Counted from the first letter of the stretch, positions 42,033 through 52,964 are shown. The stretch: 64,000 nt of DNA from an uncultured virus (IMG/VR IMGVR_UViG_3300037455_001519) (IMGVR_UViG_3300037455_001519); one strand, 5' to 3'. Numbers and translations are program-made. The notes: generated by a model from the sequence alone, not told the origin.

Positions 42033-44666
42033 TTATTCACCATCTTTTTTAAAAGTTTCTAATAATTCAGATAGTGTATATGTTTTATGATATTTATAAT
42101 CTGGATTAGATGGATTTTGAACTCTAATAACTTTAAAAGTGGCTTGCGTATTACCAATCAATTTATCTTTAATGTTATATTGATTATAATATTTGATATT
42201 AATTGCATTGGCACCAACGTGTTTAATATCATTATAGAAATCATATTTACCGTCTTCTGCAGTCATCTTTGTATACCAACGTCTTCCACCATCTAAAATT
42301 TCTTGTTCGCCAATTTTTGAATCACCTTTTTTATATATAGCTCCTTCTTTTCTTTCAACAACAACTTCAGGTAATTCACAAACGTGTTCAGTTTCTGATG
42401 TATATGTAGTATCTAATGGAACGTGTACTCCTTCAACATCTTCTGAGAAATTTAAATCAAATTCTTGTTCAGGGAATGTTGTAACAACAGTTATTTCGTC
42501 ATTATTTAAAGGAATATTATTAGATGTTGTAGTATAGTTAATTTTTATTTTGTTTTCAAATCCTTCTCCAGCATTTATATTCAAATCAGTATTAATACTG
42601 TTAACACTAATAGTTTCAAAATATTTCTGAACATTATTTTGAGTTGTAAACACTCTTACCGGATTAGTAGGAGTATAAGTTTCACCTTCGGTTAAAGTTA
42701 TTTCTTCTTTAGAGGATACATAAACATTACCTTTTAATGTAGAAACTACGCCATTAGGTTCAATAATTTTAGTTTCGATAATACCATTATAAGGAACTGT
42801 AAATTCATTAATATCGAATGTTTTTTCACCATCCCAAGTAGTTTCTCCATCTTTTACTTTGGTTCCATTATAAGATATTTGCCATCTAATTTTTCTGTTT
42901 GTATTGTTTTTAATTGTAGTTGTAACTCTAGACTTATCAGTTTCTTCCATTGTATAAGTATCTATATTTTCAATATTAGAGCCTTTATCAAAGCGATATG
43001 TAGAATTTAATACAATTGTAACATTATTTACTCCAACATTTTTATATGTTGTCTTTAATGATTGTTCATTTAAATTTCTATAAGGAATATAGATAACGTT
43101 ATCAGTTTTAAATGATAAATCTGATTGTTCAGTTAAAGTTGCTTCAGTTGTTGAAGCAGGATTACTAATATAGTTTTGAACAGTATTAGTTCCACCTAGT
43201 CCAGAGAATTTAATATTTCCGTAACCAGCACCACCAGCATTATAAGATAAACCAGTTCTTCTTCTAATTGAACCACCGTTGAAATCTCCTTCTGTAATTA
43301 CATAATTTTGAGGATTATCAAAAGTGATTACTTCAAAATATTTTTCTTGATTTGTATTTGGTCTTTTTATAACTTTAATAGGGTTTTTAGGTGTAATAGT
43401 TCCTGTTGCTGTATTTTTAGCTATATTTTCATTAGATGCCGTATATAAAGTTGAATCTACTCCATATCTTTCTCCACTATTACTTCTATTAAAACCAGTA
43501 TATGTTTCTTCTATATCAAAAGTAATATATCTATTTTTGTTTGAACTTGTTACTTCTTTAGTAATGGTAACAGTTCCTGTATTTGTACTAGTTCCGCTAG
43601 TACAATCAGGAGTTCCGTTTTTATTATTATCTGGATATACGCACAATGAATATCTAATAGGGCTTCCTGATTTATTATTAACATATGTTCCTACTACATT
43701 AGTTTTTGTACCAGATTTAGAAGTATAAGAAACTAAATTAGTTATCTCCGCATATTTATTTTTGGTAATAGTTATATAAGTAGGATTACCTATCAAATGA
43801 GAATAAGCTGTACTTTCCCACATTTCATATTGTGAACCAGGAACGAAGGTATTATTTCCTCCATAAGTCCAGTCAACATTATAAGTAGGATTACCTCTAA
43901 AAGAATACCAAACAGTTCCATCACTGTCATATCCCCATCCGGTTCCGGCATATTCACCAACACCGATATACATAGTTTTTCTACCATTAACATTATTTGC
44001 ATTTAATCCAACTTCACTTGTTTGCCAAGCGCTTCTCGAATTTCTATCTTTTCTAGCCATAACACCAGTAGTACCATTATAAATTCTATTTGTTAATGCT
44101 GTCTTGTTAATACTAATAATCATATTTTTATATTCTGATGAAGTACTAGTTCCTACAGCACTTTCATAAGTTTTAACTCTAGTTCTATATTCTCTAGAAC
44201 CATTAGTGCCATATTCATTAATTCCTAACCATACTTCATAAGAAGTATCTCTAGTGTCTCCATTATTAATAATATCAGCAATATTAATATCACCTTGAAA
44301 ACCTGTCCAATTATTATATTTAGAACAAGTTGGTGCTGGTGCATCATCTGGACAAGCATTTAAATAACCACCAATTAATAAGTTTAATGTATGATTGGTA
44401 GTTGTTAAATTAGTTCGATATTCTCTATGAGATAAATTACCTCTCAACACTAAATAATAACTGTGATTATATTGTTGATACACTTGTTTATGACCCACAG
44501 CATAACCAGCAACAGAGAAAGTAGTACCATTCATCTTATATGTTGTAAAAAAATAATTAATTTCACATCTATCATCAGAACAGTCTTCCCAAGCTTTAAC
44601 ATTAGCAGTTCCTATGCTGAATACTGCAAAAGCCATTATTAAAAATAAAAATATTTTTTTATACAT
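42033..44666 (-). CDS. Large secreted beta-rich protein with internal duplication
   Basis: Sec signal (ANVKA|W); repeated TPxNPxxV...QKYFExI units; T/N/G-rich. Confidence 0.75.
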   Translation of the reverse strand: MYKKIFLFLIMAFAVFSIGTANVKAWEDCSDDRCEINYFFTTYKMNGTTFSVAGYAVGHKQVYQQYNHSYYLVLRGNLSHREYRTNLTTTNHTLNLLIGGYLNACPDDAPAPTCSKYNNWTGFQGDINIADIINNGDTRDTSYEVWLGINEYGTNGSREYRTRVKTYESAVGTSTSSEYKNMIISINKTALTNRIYNGTTGVMARKDRNSRSAWQTSEVGLNANNVNGRKTMYIGVGEYAGTGWGYDSDGTVWYSFRGNPTYNVDWTYGGNNTFVPGSQYEMWESTAYSHLIGNPTYITITKNKYAEITNLVSYTSKSGTKTNVVGTYVNNKSGSPIRYSLCVYPDNNKNGTPDCTSGTSTNTGTVTITKEVTSSNKNRYITFDIEETYTGFNRSNSGERYGVDSTLYTASNENIAKNTATGTITPKNPIKVIKRPNTNQEKYFEVITFDNPQNYVITEGDFNGGSIRRRTGLSYNAGGAGYGNIKFSGLGGTNTVQNYISNPASTTEATLTEQSDLSFKTDNVIYIPYRNLNEQSLKTTYKNVGVNNVTIVLNSTYRFDKGSNIENIDTYTMEETDKSRVTTTIKNNTNRKIRWQISYNGTKVKDGETTWDGEKTFDINEFTVPYNGIIETKIIEPNGVVSTLKGNVYVSSKEEITLTEGETYTPTNPVRVFTTQNNVQKYFETISVNSINTDLNINAGEGFENKIKINYTTTSNNIPLNNDEITVVTTFPEQEFDLNFSEDVEGVHVPLDTTYTSETEHVCELPEVVVERKEGAIYKKGDSKIGEQEILDGGRRWYTKMTAEDGKYDFYNDIKHVGANAINIKYYNQYNIKDKLIGNTQATFKVIRVQNPSNPDYKYHKTYTLSELLETFKKDGE

Positions 44667-44778
44667 AAAAAGGTCACCTCTTTTTTATTAAAAATTACTT
44701 CACCATTATTATATAAAATTTAAATATATTTATATATAAAAAAAGAACGATATTCAATATATCATTCTTATTTTTTTC

Positions 44779-45936
44779 TTATTTATATAATTGTTTAATA
44801 TTCCAATTTTCTGGATTAACGTGAGGGTCGCCGTCTCCGACTAATTCACTTTCAGGTTTTAATCTAGCTTCTAAGAATACATAACCTAAAACTTCCATTT
44901 TATCATTAAATACATAATAAGTAGTATAATCATAATCTGGACTAGAAACATCGCCTTTAACGGTTGAAGCCCAAGATGAACATCCATCATTTCCACCAGC
45001 GTTTAGACTATTTAAATTTGGTGTACAAGAATATCCATTTGCTTTTCCTACATACATTCTATTTACAACGCTACCTAAATTTGAAGACACTCCGCTAATG
45101 TGAACTCCTCCAGCACCATTTATATTATTACTCATAACACTCATAGACATAGGAAATAATATTGAACTTTGATAATAATATTTAGGACTACCAGAACCTG
45201 CTTTATGTTTAAAATTCAAATTATATTGAACTCCAGCTCCTGTTCTGTCAACTATGTCAGTAGTCCAAGTTCCACCATTATATTCAAGTCTAGCCTTATT
45301 ACCATCTAATACAGTAACCTTTGTTCCATTTCCACTATATGTAGTACCAACTGGAATTAATTGATTTGAATTATTATTTGATGTATTATTTGTAGTATTT
45401 TGAGTATTTGCTTGAGTATTATTGTTATTAGTTGAATTGTTTTTTGAAGATGAATTATTTTTAGTATTTGTATTTGCATTTTTCTTTTCATCTTCTTTTT
45501 TTGTATCTACAGGAACACTATCTTTAACAACTATTTTTCCTGTATATGTTTTATCATCATATCTAATGTAATATTTATATTCACCAGCTTTAGTAGAATC
45601 AACTTCTTCAAAATTCACACCTTTAAAAGCTAATTTATCATTTTCGTTTAGATTATCTTTATTAGAAATTAAATCCAACCAATTAATATTATTTAAATCG
45701 TCTTCAGTTGTATTTAATTCAATTTCGTAATCTTTTAATACTAATTCTGTAGCACTTTGGTCTTTTTCTGTTAATTCTTTAACTGGTTCAGTTATTTCTT
45801 GATTATTTTTAGATTCAGGTTGTTTTCCTACATTATTATAAACAACAACCCCACCAACTACTGCTCCAGTAGCAACAGTTCCAACTAATACATATTGTAA
45901 AACTTTTGAAGCTTTAATTAAATTTAAAATTTTCAT
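44779..45936 (-). CDS. Membrane-anchored surface protein with Ig-like domain and N/T-rich linker
   Basis: N-terminal TM; VDSTKAGEYKY..Y..KTYTGKIVVKD Ig motif. Confidence 0.75.
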   Translation of the reverse strand: MKILNLIKASKVLQYVLVGTVATGAVVGGVVVYNNVGKQPESKNNQEITEPVKELTEKDQSATELVLKDYEIELNTTEDDLNNINWLDLISNKDNLNENDKLAFKGVNFEEVDSTKAGEYKYYIRYDDKTYTGKIVVKDSVPVDTKKEDEKKNANTNTKNNSSSKNNSTNNNNTQANTQNTTNNTSNNNSNQLIPVGTTYSGNGTKVTVLDGNKARLEYNGGTWTTDIVDRTGAGVQYNLNFKHKAGSGSPKYYYQSSILFPMSMSVMSNNINGAGGVHISGVSSNLGSVVNRMYVGKANGYSCTPNLNSLNAGGNDGCSSWASTVKGDVSSPDYDYTTYYVFNDKMEVLGYVFLEARLKPESELVGDGDPHVNPENWNIKQLYK

Positions 45937-46087
45937 ATGGTTTACACCTCTTCTTTCATTTGATATACATATTATATCACATATTTACAAAAAAAGCAAC
46001 TCATTTTCATTGTTTTTATAAAAATTCTTGATTTTTTTGCCATTTTTTGGTATTATTATGGTAACAAAAATAAGGAGAGAATAAAGA

Positions 46088-46807
46088 ATGAAAATAAAAA
46101 TTGCAAAAAGAATAAATCTTATTTTATGGATTATAGGAATAATAATTTGGTCATATTTATTGATAACTTCACATATTTTTACGCCATTAAAATTTATTAA
46201 TTTAGGAACAAATAAACAAATTTTATATACTCAAGATGAGGCAATATATGCACCTCCTAGTCAAAAACTGGATAATAAATGCTATAAAGGTAATTTAGAT
46301 GATTTAAACAATAAAGAAGTATATATTGGAGTTCTTAATTATTTGTGCGAGACTTTTAACGAACAAAATGTAAAAGTTGAAGTTAAGAATGCTTCAAAAC
46401 AAGAATTTAAAAATCTAGTTCTTGCAAAAACATCTAGTTTTGGTAATATCATTTTTTATAAAAATTCTATTGAAAGCTTTAATCCTGACTCAGAACTTAT
46501 TGCTCATATGGTATTCCACGAATATATACATCTTTTAATGTTTAGACATATGGCAAATGGAATTACTATTGATTATAAATCAAATCAATTATTAAATAAT
46601 ATTCGTCAAACGTATCAAGAAGTACCAGAAGAAATTCTTATTCCAAACGAATATGCAACTAGTTCAAAAAAAGAACAAATTGCCGAGATATTGGGAATCT
46701 ATTTATCAAAAAAGACAGTATTTATGGAAAAAGATAATCGAACTAGATATATTTTAACAAGTAATATAGAACAAGATTTATATGCACAATTTTTAAATAA
46801 TTTATAG
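46088..46807 (+). CDS. Membrane-anchored zincin-like metallopeptidase
   Basis: N-terminal TM; HEYIH; downstream YATSSKKEQIAE third-ligand motif. Confidence 0.7.
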   Translation: MKIKIAKRINLILWIIGIIIWSYLLITSHIFTPLKFINLGTNKQILYTQDEAIYAPPSQKLDNKCYKGNLDDLNNKEVYIGVLNYLCETFNEQNVKVEVKNASKQEFKNLVLAKTSSFGNIIFYKNSIESFNPDSELIAHMVFHEYIHLLMFRHMANGITIDYKSNQLLNNIRQTYQEVPEEILIPNEYATSSKKEQIAEILGIYLSKKTVFMEKDNRTRYILTSNIEQDLYAQFLNNL

Positions 46808-46838
46808 AAAATTCTTACACAAGAATTTTTTATTTTGC

Positions 46839-46867
46839 TTGAAAAAATGTGGATTTTATGGTATAAT
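46839..46867 (+). promoter_or_regulatory. sigma-A promoter of ligA
   Basis: TTGAAA-17bp-TATAAT with extended TG. Confidence 0.75.
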
Positions 46868-46926
46868 ATATGTAATAAAAAGAAAGAAAAAATATAATAT
46901 ATTGTCTAGATGAAAGGATGATTTTT

Positions 46927-48888
46927 ATGGAAAGAAAAAAAGAATTGGAATATTTAATAAAAAAATATGACAAAGCTTATGAAGAAGGGCATCCATTAAT
47001 AACAGACACTGAATATGATATTCTTTATAATGAATTAATTGAATTAGAAAAAAAATATGGAGTTAGTGAAGAAAGTCCAACAAAATATATTGAAGATGCA
47101 AAAATAAGACATCTAAATAAAGTTGTTCACGATTCTCCAATGCTATCCCAAGAAAAATGTCATACAAAAGAAGACATAATAAATTTTGTAAATAGAATTA
47201 ATGATACAAAATATATAGTTGACTTAAAACTTGATGGAATCTCAATTAGTTTAAAATATAAAGAAGGAAAACTTATTCAGGCTGTTACTAGAGGAAATGG
47301 GCATTACGGTTATGATATAACAGCTGCAGCTTTAAAAATGTCTAATGTACCAGAAAAGATAAACGAGAAAATTGACATTGAAGTTCGTGGAGAAGTTATT
47401 ATAAACGATGCAGACTTTGAACGCCTAAATAAAAACGGTGAATATTCAAATTCTAGAAATTTTGTTGCCGGTACATTAAATGCTTTAGACGTAAACTTAG
47501 TAAAAGATAGACATTTATTTGTTAATGTTTACGATATTAGAAGTTATAATGGAAAATTAGGACAACAAATGTCAACAATCGAGGCTCATAATCTTCTTAC
47601 TAATTTAGGTTTTAATGTAGTAAAATATTGGATTTTCGCAAAAAATGAAATAGACAAAATGACTGATTTCTGTGAACAATTTAATAAAACTATTAGACCT
47701 ACATTAAATTTTAAAATTGATGGACTTGTAATAAAAACTAATAATGATAAAATTATTGAAAAATTAGGAAATACGTCAAAATTTCCAAAATCATCAATAG
47801 CATTTAAGTTTGATTCATTAGATAGAAGCACAAGATTAAAATCAGTTGAATGGCAAGTTGGACGTACTGGACTTATTACTCCTGTTGCAAATTTCGATTT
47901 AATTGAAATAGATGGTGTCGAAATCAATAAAGCTTCTTTAGCTAATATTGATAACATAAAAAAATTAGATATCAAAATTGAAGATAGCATTGTTGTAGCA
48001 AGAAGTAACGATGTAATTCCTAAGATTATTTCAGTTATAAAAGAAAAAAGAACAGGAAAAGAACAAGAAATTACTTTTCCAACAATATGTCCTGTTTGTG
48101 GAGAAAAAACAATGTTAAAAGGACCTCTTCTTTATTGTTTAAACGATAATTGTTCGGCTAAAACAATAAATAAGATAAGTCACTTCGCTACAAGAGATGC
48201 AATGAATATTGAAGATTTATCAGATAAAACAATAGAAGCTATTCAAGATGCCAATATTCCATTTAATTCTTTTGAAGATATTTATTTACTTCATAATTAC
48301 ACTAAAGAATTAATAGATATTGAAAGATTTGGAGAGAAAAAAGTTTCAAATTTACTTAATGAAATAGAAAAAAGTAAAAATAATTATTTGCATCAATTAC
48401 TTTATGGTTTAAGTATTCCTAATATTGGGTTATCAAAAGCAAAAGCTATAGCTAGTCTTTATAAAAATGTTGGCGAATTAAATCAAGATGTGATTAACGG
48501 AAACTTTTTAGATAAAATTAAAAATTTACCTGATTTTGGAAATATTATTGTTCAATCAGTAGAAAAATGGTTAAATAGTAACAAAAATTTATTGTTATTC
48601 TTTGAATCATTAGGAACTTTTAACTCAGAAGAAATTTCTGTATCAAACAGTAATTTAATAGGAAAAACAATTGTTATTACCGGAGAACTTTCTAAACCAA
48701 GAAAAGAGATTGAAAAAGAATTAATCGCTTTAGGAATAAAAGTTTCTTCTTCTGTTTCAAAAAACACAGATTACGTTTTAGTTGGAAATAATAATACTGA
48801 CACAACTTCTAGTAAATATCAAAAAGCTTTAAAATTAAATATTCCTATAATTGAAGAAAATGGATTTAGACAATTAATAAAGGACTAA
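46927..48888 (+). CDS. ligA: NAD-dependent DNA ligase
   Basis: KLDG adenylation motif, TRGNG, EVRGE, WQVGRTG, CPVC zinc finger, C-terminal BRCT. Confidence 0.96.
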   Translation: MERKKELEYLIKKYDKAYEEGHPLITDTEYDILYNELIELEKKYGVSEESPTKYIEDAKIRHLNKVVHDSPMLSQEKCHTKEDIINFVNRINDTKYIVDLKLDGISISLKYKEGKLIQAVTRGNGHYGYDITAAALKMSNVPEKINEKIDIEVRGEVIINDADFERLNKNGEYSNSRNFVAGTLNALDVNLVKDRHLFVNVYDIRSYNGKLGQQMSTIEAHNLLTNLGFNVVKYWIFAKNEIDKMTDFCEQFNKTIRPTLNFKIDGLVIKTNNDKIIEKLGNTSKFPKSSIAFKFDSLDRSTRLKSVEWQVGRTGLITPVANFDLIEIDGVEINKASLANIDNIKKLDIKIEDSIVVARSNDVIPKIISVIKEKRTGKEQEITFPTICPVCGEKTMLKGPLLYCLNDNCSAKTINKISHFATRDAMNIEDLSDKTIEAIQDANIPFNSFEDIYLLHNYTKELIDIERFGEKKVSNLLNEIEKSKNNYLHQLLYGLSIPNIGLSKAKAIASLYKNVGELNQDVINGNFLDKIKNLPDFGNIIVQSVEKWLNSNKNLLLFFESLGTFNSEEISVSNSNLIGKTIVITGELSKPRKEIEKELIALGIKVSSSVSKNTDYVLVGNNNTDTTSSKYQKALKLNIPIIEENGFRQLIKD

Positions 48889-48967
48889 CAAATAGTCCTT
48901 TTATTTTGCTTATTTTCATAATTTAATATCGATAAAACAAGTATAATATTTAAAATGAGGTGAAATA

Positions 48968-49552
48968 ATGATAAAGAAAACAATGTTAATATCAATATTA
49001 TCTTTATTAATGTTTATACCAAACACGAAGGCAGAAGAAATAGATAATATAAATTGTATAAATGGAAAAATTTTATTAAATAATATAGAATATTCTTTAG
49101 TAGGAATTAATTATGATACTGTAAATGAAGATATTTGTCCGTATTTAATAGGAAAAGAGAACTATTCATATGAAATAGAAAATGATAAGATATATTTATA
49201 TAATGAAGACAATTCATTATCATTATCAATATTATCAGAAGGATTAGCTAAGGCACAATTAAATTCATCTGTTAATGAATCAAAAGAATTTTGTGAAGCA
49301 GAAAAAGAAGCTAGAGATTCATCAAAAGGAGTATGGTCGGGAATATCAGACGAAACATCTTGTACCGATAGATATCTAACAAATGCTGAAACGAAAATAA
49401 TAACCGAAGAATCTAGTGAAGAAGCTAAAAAATGGGGTGTTAAAGAAAGCACATTGTCAATAATTTTACGATTTTTATTAGCGTTCGTTGTTGGAGGATT
49501 TATACTTTTTATAAAATTTTTTAAACCATTAAAAAAGCGTCTACATAAGTAG
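48968..49552 (+). CDS. Surface protein with degenerate thermonuclease (SNase)-like fold
   Basis: Signal peptide; YSLVGIN, LSEGLAK, AEKEARDSSKGVW; C-terminal TM + basic tail; catalytic DGDT not seen. Confidence 0.6.
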   Translation: MIKKTMLISILSLLMFIPNTKAEEIDNINCINGKILLNNIEYSLVGINYDTVNEDICPYLIGKENYSYEIENDKIYLYNEDNSLSLSILSEGLAKAQLNSSVNESKEFCEAEKEARDSSKGVWSGISDETSCTDRYLTNAETKIITEESSEEAKKWGVKESTLSIILRFLLAFVVGGFILFIKFFKPLKKRLHK

Positions 49553-49558
49553 ACGTTT

Positions 49559-49984
49559 TTATTTGCGTTGTAATTTAGGAATAGTTATTTCTTTATCTAT
49601 AATAGTTTTTATTTTATCAACTTTTATTTTTGATATCTTTTTAAAAATCTTTTCAGATTTTGGTTTCTTTGAAGGTATGATTTCAATTAAACTACCTTCA
49701 TTTAAAATGAATACATCTAATCTTTTACCATAAAAATAAAAGAAAACATTTAATAAATCGATAATATTCTTATTATAACCTCTGTCAAACATTCTTTCTC
49801 CTTTATATAGAGTGGCGTATTTACCATATATATAAAGATTATGTTTTAAAAGAAAATCATCCAATTTTTCTTGTGTGAAATATTTTTCAGTAGTATCTGT
49901 AAAACAATCAAATAGTTCGTCACAAAATTTAACGAATGATTCGGTTCTTAGAGTATTAAAATCTTCAAAGTCAAAATTATTCAT
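49559..49984 (-). CDS. Hypothetical protein
   Basis: AAGGAGG RBS before ATG 49984. Confidence 0.7.
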   Translation of the reverse strand: MNNFDFEDFNTLRTESFVKFCDELFDCFTDTTEKYFTQEKLDDFLLKHNLYIYGKYATLYKGERMFDRGYNKNIIDLLNVFFYFYGKRLDVFILNEGSLIEIIPSKKPKSEKIFKKISKIKVDKIKTIIDKEITIPKLQRK

Positions 49985-50083
49985 ATAAATATCCTCCTTC
50001 AATAAGAAATCTTTATGCTTTATTATATATAAGATATCAAAGTAATAAAAAAGAAAATTGTCAAATAAAAAGATAAAAGTTTT

Positions 50084-50989
50084 TTATAAACCTTTATCTT
50101 TACAATGCGAACATTTAGTCTTCTTAATAATGAATTTATATACTTTATTAGAAAATACATCACCACATTTAGGACATCTCCATAAAACCTCTTTATCTGA
50201 TTTTCCTAAAATTTCATCTGGCTTAATATCATTTTCAGGATACCAATATTTTAGTAACTCAGGATATAATGTTTTAAAATCGTTATATCCTTTTAATAAA
50301 ACTCGATTTCCACATATAGGACACTTATTTCCATTAGACCTATTTAATGGTCTAGATTGCCATTCGTGACCTTTTTCACATTTCCACCAAACAATAAAGT
50401 GTGATTTAAATTCTACCTGTGATGGTAACATTGGATTTCTTTCATAATTCCATTCTTTCGCAATATCAGGTCTGACATTCGAAATAGAATTATAAACTTT
50501 ATCCCAATGCATTAAAGCATAAATTTCTGACAAGTCGCGTTTAATATCTATATCAATTTTAACTTTTATACAGAAAATTCTTGATAAGATATCTTGTATA
50601 AACATTATTGCATTAACCAATTCTTCGAAACTTTTATTTTTCTTTAGAATATAGTCATAAGAAATATTGTCTAATTGTTTTAATCCATTTTCTCTTATTC
50701 TTATAATATTTATACCATTTTTCTTTAATATTTGATTTTTAACTCTATCTACATTAGTTGTGTTTTTATGATAGTAATAACCATCATATTCAACCACAAA
50801 CTTTTTATTTTTCGCTTCAAAGTAGATATCTAAACTTTTAGTTGTACAAAAATCTGCCATTGCAATAATTTTATTTGCTAGCAAAACATCTTCTTCAACT
50901 TTAAGTCCTGCTTTTTTAAGATAAAAAGCAATTACTTTTTCAGGAAACGAAACAGTGTGTGATGTAGATAGCTTTTCTTTTACTACCAT
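50084..50989 (-). CDS. DUF559/Vsr-like endonuclease domain fused to two zinc-ribbon repeats
   Basis: SFPE..LDIY..VEYDGYYYH..D..K..IRIRE; WWKCEKGHEW...CPIC and WRCPKC...CSHC. Confidence 0.75.
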   Translation of the reverse strand: MVVKEKLSTSHTVSFPEKVIAFYLKKAGLKVEEDVLLANKIIAMADFCTTKSLDIYFEAKNKKFVVEYDGYYYHKNTTNVDRVKNQILKKNGINIIRIRENGLKQLDNISYDYILKKNKSFEELVNAIMFIQDILSRIFCIKVKIDIDIKRDLSEIYALMHWDKVYNSISNVRPDIAKEWNYERNPMLPSQVEFKSHFIVWWKCEKGHEWQSRPLNRSNGNKCPICGNRVLLKGYNDFKTLYPELLKYWYPENDIKPDEILGKSDKEVLWRCPKCGDVFSNKVYKFIIKKTKCSHCKDKGL

Positions 50990-51068
50990 ACTACAACTTC
51001 CTTTCTAAATATTAAAGTTATTATATTATATAACAAATAAAAAGAAATAAGAAAAAATAAAAAGGACT

Positions 51069-51488
51069 CTATTTAATAGAGTCCATAATAGATTGTCTTT
51101 CAGTATTTTTTAATTCAGTATCAATAAGTTTTTCAATATCTTCGTTCATACCTTCTGAATAACCAGAAAAATATTTATTACCAATAACGGTAAATGGAAC
51201 GCCGTTAATTTGAACTCCAGTTTTAGAAGAAAGTTCATTTATTTTAGCTTGATTATTATTATTTTCCCAAACTTCATAATCAATTATATTTATCTTATTC
51301 TTATATTTACCATTTTTTAAACCTTTTAAATAATTCATTTCTGCTGCACAATGAGGACAACCTTCTCCTCTAAAGATATAAATATTTATAGGTTCAATTT
51401 TAGGGTTGTGAGAATTGTAATAAGTTACACCACTAAAAATTAAAAAAATACTTAAAATAACTAAAATTATAATTTTCTTTTTATCCAT
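51069..51488 (-). CDS. Membrane-anchored thioredoxin-fold thiol-disulfide oxidoreductase
   Basis: N-terminal TM; CPHC active site; GVPF cis-Pro loop. Confidence 0.85.
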   Translation of the reverse strand: MDKKKIIILVILSIFLIFSGVTYYNSHNPKIEPINIYIFRGEGCPHCAAEMNYLKGLKNGKYKNKINIIDYEVWENNNNQAKINELSSKTGVQINGVPFTVIGNKYFSGYSEGMNEDIEKLIDTELKNTERQSIMDSIK

Positions 51489-51492
51489 ATTT

Positions 51493-52383
51493 TTAACCTC
51501 CATTTTCTACAGGTAACAATTGTATATCAAAAGTTCTTAACCCATTAGCACATCTATAAACTTGGTCAACGACTCCAATATACATAATGTCCCTATGTTC
51601 AACTAAAAATTCTATAATATAATTAGGTAATTCTCCTAATTTTTTATCATCTTGATTTAAAACAAAAATCTTATTATGATTTTCATAAGAAAGATGAACT
51701 ATGTCATCTTTTTGTAATTCTTTAATTCTGTCTTGAATCTTTTTATCTTTAGATGTATTTTGAGTTTTTACAATATTAGTTTTTAACAAGTAATCTTCTT
51801 GTCTTTTTTTATTATCAATATCAGTATAAACGCCAACAGCTAATCTTAAATATTGATTATGCATTTCTCTAAAACAAAAATCTAACAAATAAGATTCTCT
51901 TTTAATTATTTTTAATAAATAATCTTGCATTTCTCCATTATACATAGTACCGATAAAAGTATCATTATTATATAATTCAATGGTAGAATTATTTTCTTTA
52001 ATAATCAAATTAGTAAAATATTTATTCTTCTTGCTTCGAAATTTTTCATCCATAATAAATGTTAATGAAGCAAATGAATATTTTAAAACTTTATTTTCTA
52101 AATCTTTAGGAAACTCATATTTATTATGACAATGATAAGAAATAGATTTTTTCCATATAAATCTTTTTTCTTCTCTGTTAATTTTATGTTTAAATTCAAT
52201 ATCTTTAATAGTTAACAATAATTTACTAAAACTAAAGTTTTCTGTGTCAATTTTTTTAACTTTTTTAATACATTTTGTACAAACAATTCTACTGTCTTTT
52301 CTTTTTTGTTTTGGATTAAAAAAATTAATTTTTCTTTTACAGATTTCACAATATAAGATTTTTCGTTTTACATTTTTATTCAT
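51493..52383 (-). CDS. Hypothetical protein with N-terminal zinc ribbon and C-terminal HIRAN-like region
   Basis: CEIC...CTKC; LQKDDIVHL...IFVLNQDDKKLGELP. Confidence 0.55.
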   Translation of the reverse strand: MNKNVKRKILYCEICKRKINFFNPKQKRKDSRIVCTKCIKKVKKIDTENFSFSKLLLTIKDIEFKHKINREEKRFIWKKSISYHCHNKYEFPKDLENKVLKYSFASLTFIMDEKFRSKKNKYFTNLIIKENNSTIELYNNDTFIGTMYNGEMQDYLLKIIKRESYLLDFCFREMHNQYLRLAVGVYTDIDNKKRQEDYLLKTNIVKTQNTSKDKKIQDRIKELQKDDIVHLSYENHNKIFVLNQDDKKLGELPNYIIEFLVEHRDIMYIGVVDQVYRCANGLRTFDIQLLPVENGG

Positions 52384-52388
52384 ACACA

Positions 52389-52829
52389 TTACCATCCTAA
52401 CGCCCAATATATTTTCATTAAAAGTTTATGCGATTTATCAAATTCTTTTTTAATAATAAAATAATCTTCTATATCTAAAGTATCATAATCTCTATTTAAA
52501 AATTCCAGAGCTTTTTCTTCGGTTGCAGCATATAATTTATAACCGTAAATAATTTTATCTAAAGTTTTTAGCCATTTTTTATGGCCCTTATTTCCTTCAT
52601 CTGCGCCCCCATCTGATAAAAACATTCCAGGTGTAACTCTATCAGCAATATATTCTCTAAAATAACATAAACGAGAATAGATTTCCATTGCCATTGTTAC
52701 ATCCAAATCATAAAACTCAGCAGGTACAAAATTATTTTCATCAGGATAATAATTTTTATCTTCTTTTTTAAAAGGAAATGTTTCTTCGGAATAACCGATT
52801 TCTTTTAAATATTTGTTTAGTGTTAACAT
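52389..52829 (-). CDS. Hypothetical protein (phage-like)
   Basis: GAGGTG RBS; EFYDLD...WLKTLDKII..., ends YWALGW. Confidence 0.7.
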   Translation of the reverse strand: MLTLNKYLKEIGYSEETFPFKKEDKNYYPDENNFVPAEFYDLDVTMAMEIYSRLCYFREYIADRVTPGMFLSDGGADEGNKGHKKWLKTLDKIIYGYKLYAATEEKALEFLNRDYDTLDIEDYFIIKKEFDKSHKLLMKIYWALGW

Positions 52830-52964
52830 ATTGTGTCACCTCACAATATTATTATAATATATTTTATTAATATTTACAAGTCTTTTCAGAACTAGAACAT
52901 TTTAACGTTTTTAGAAAATATAACAATATATATAATATAAGTATGAGAAGGAGGTTAGATAAAA

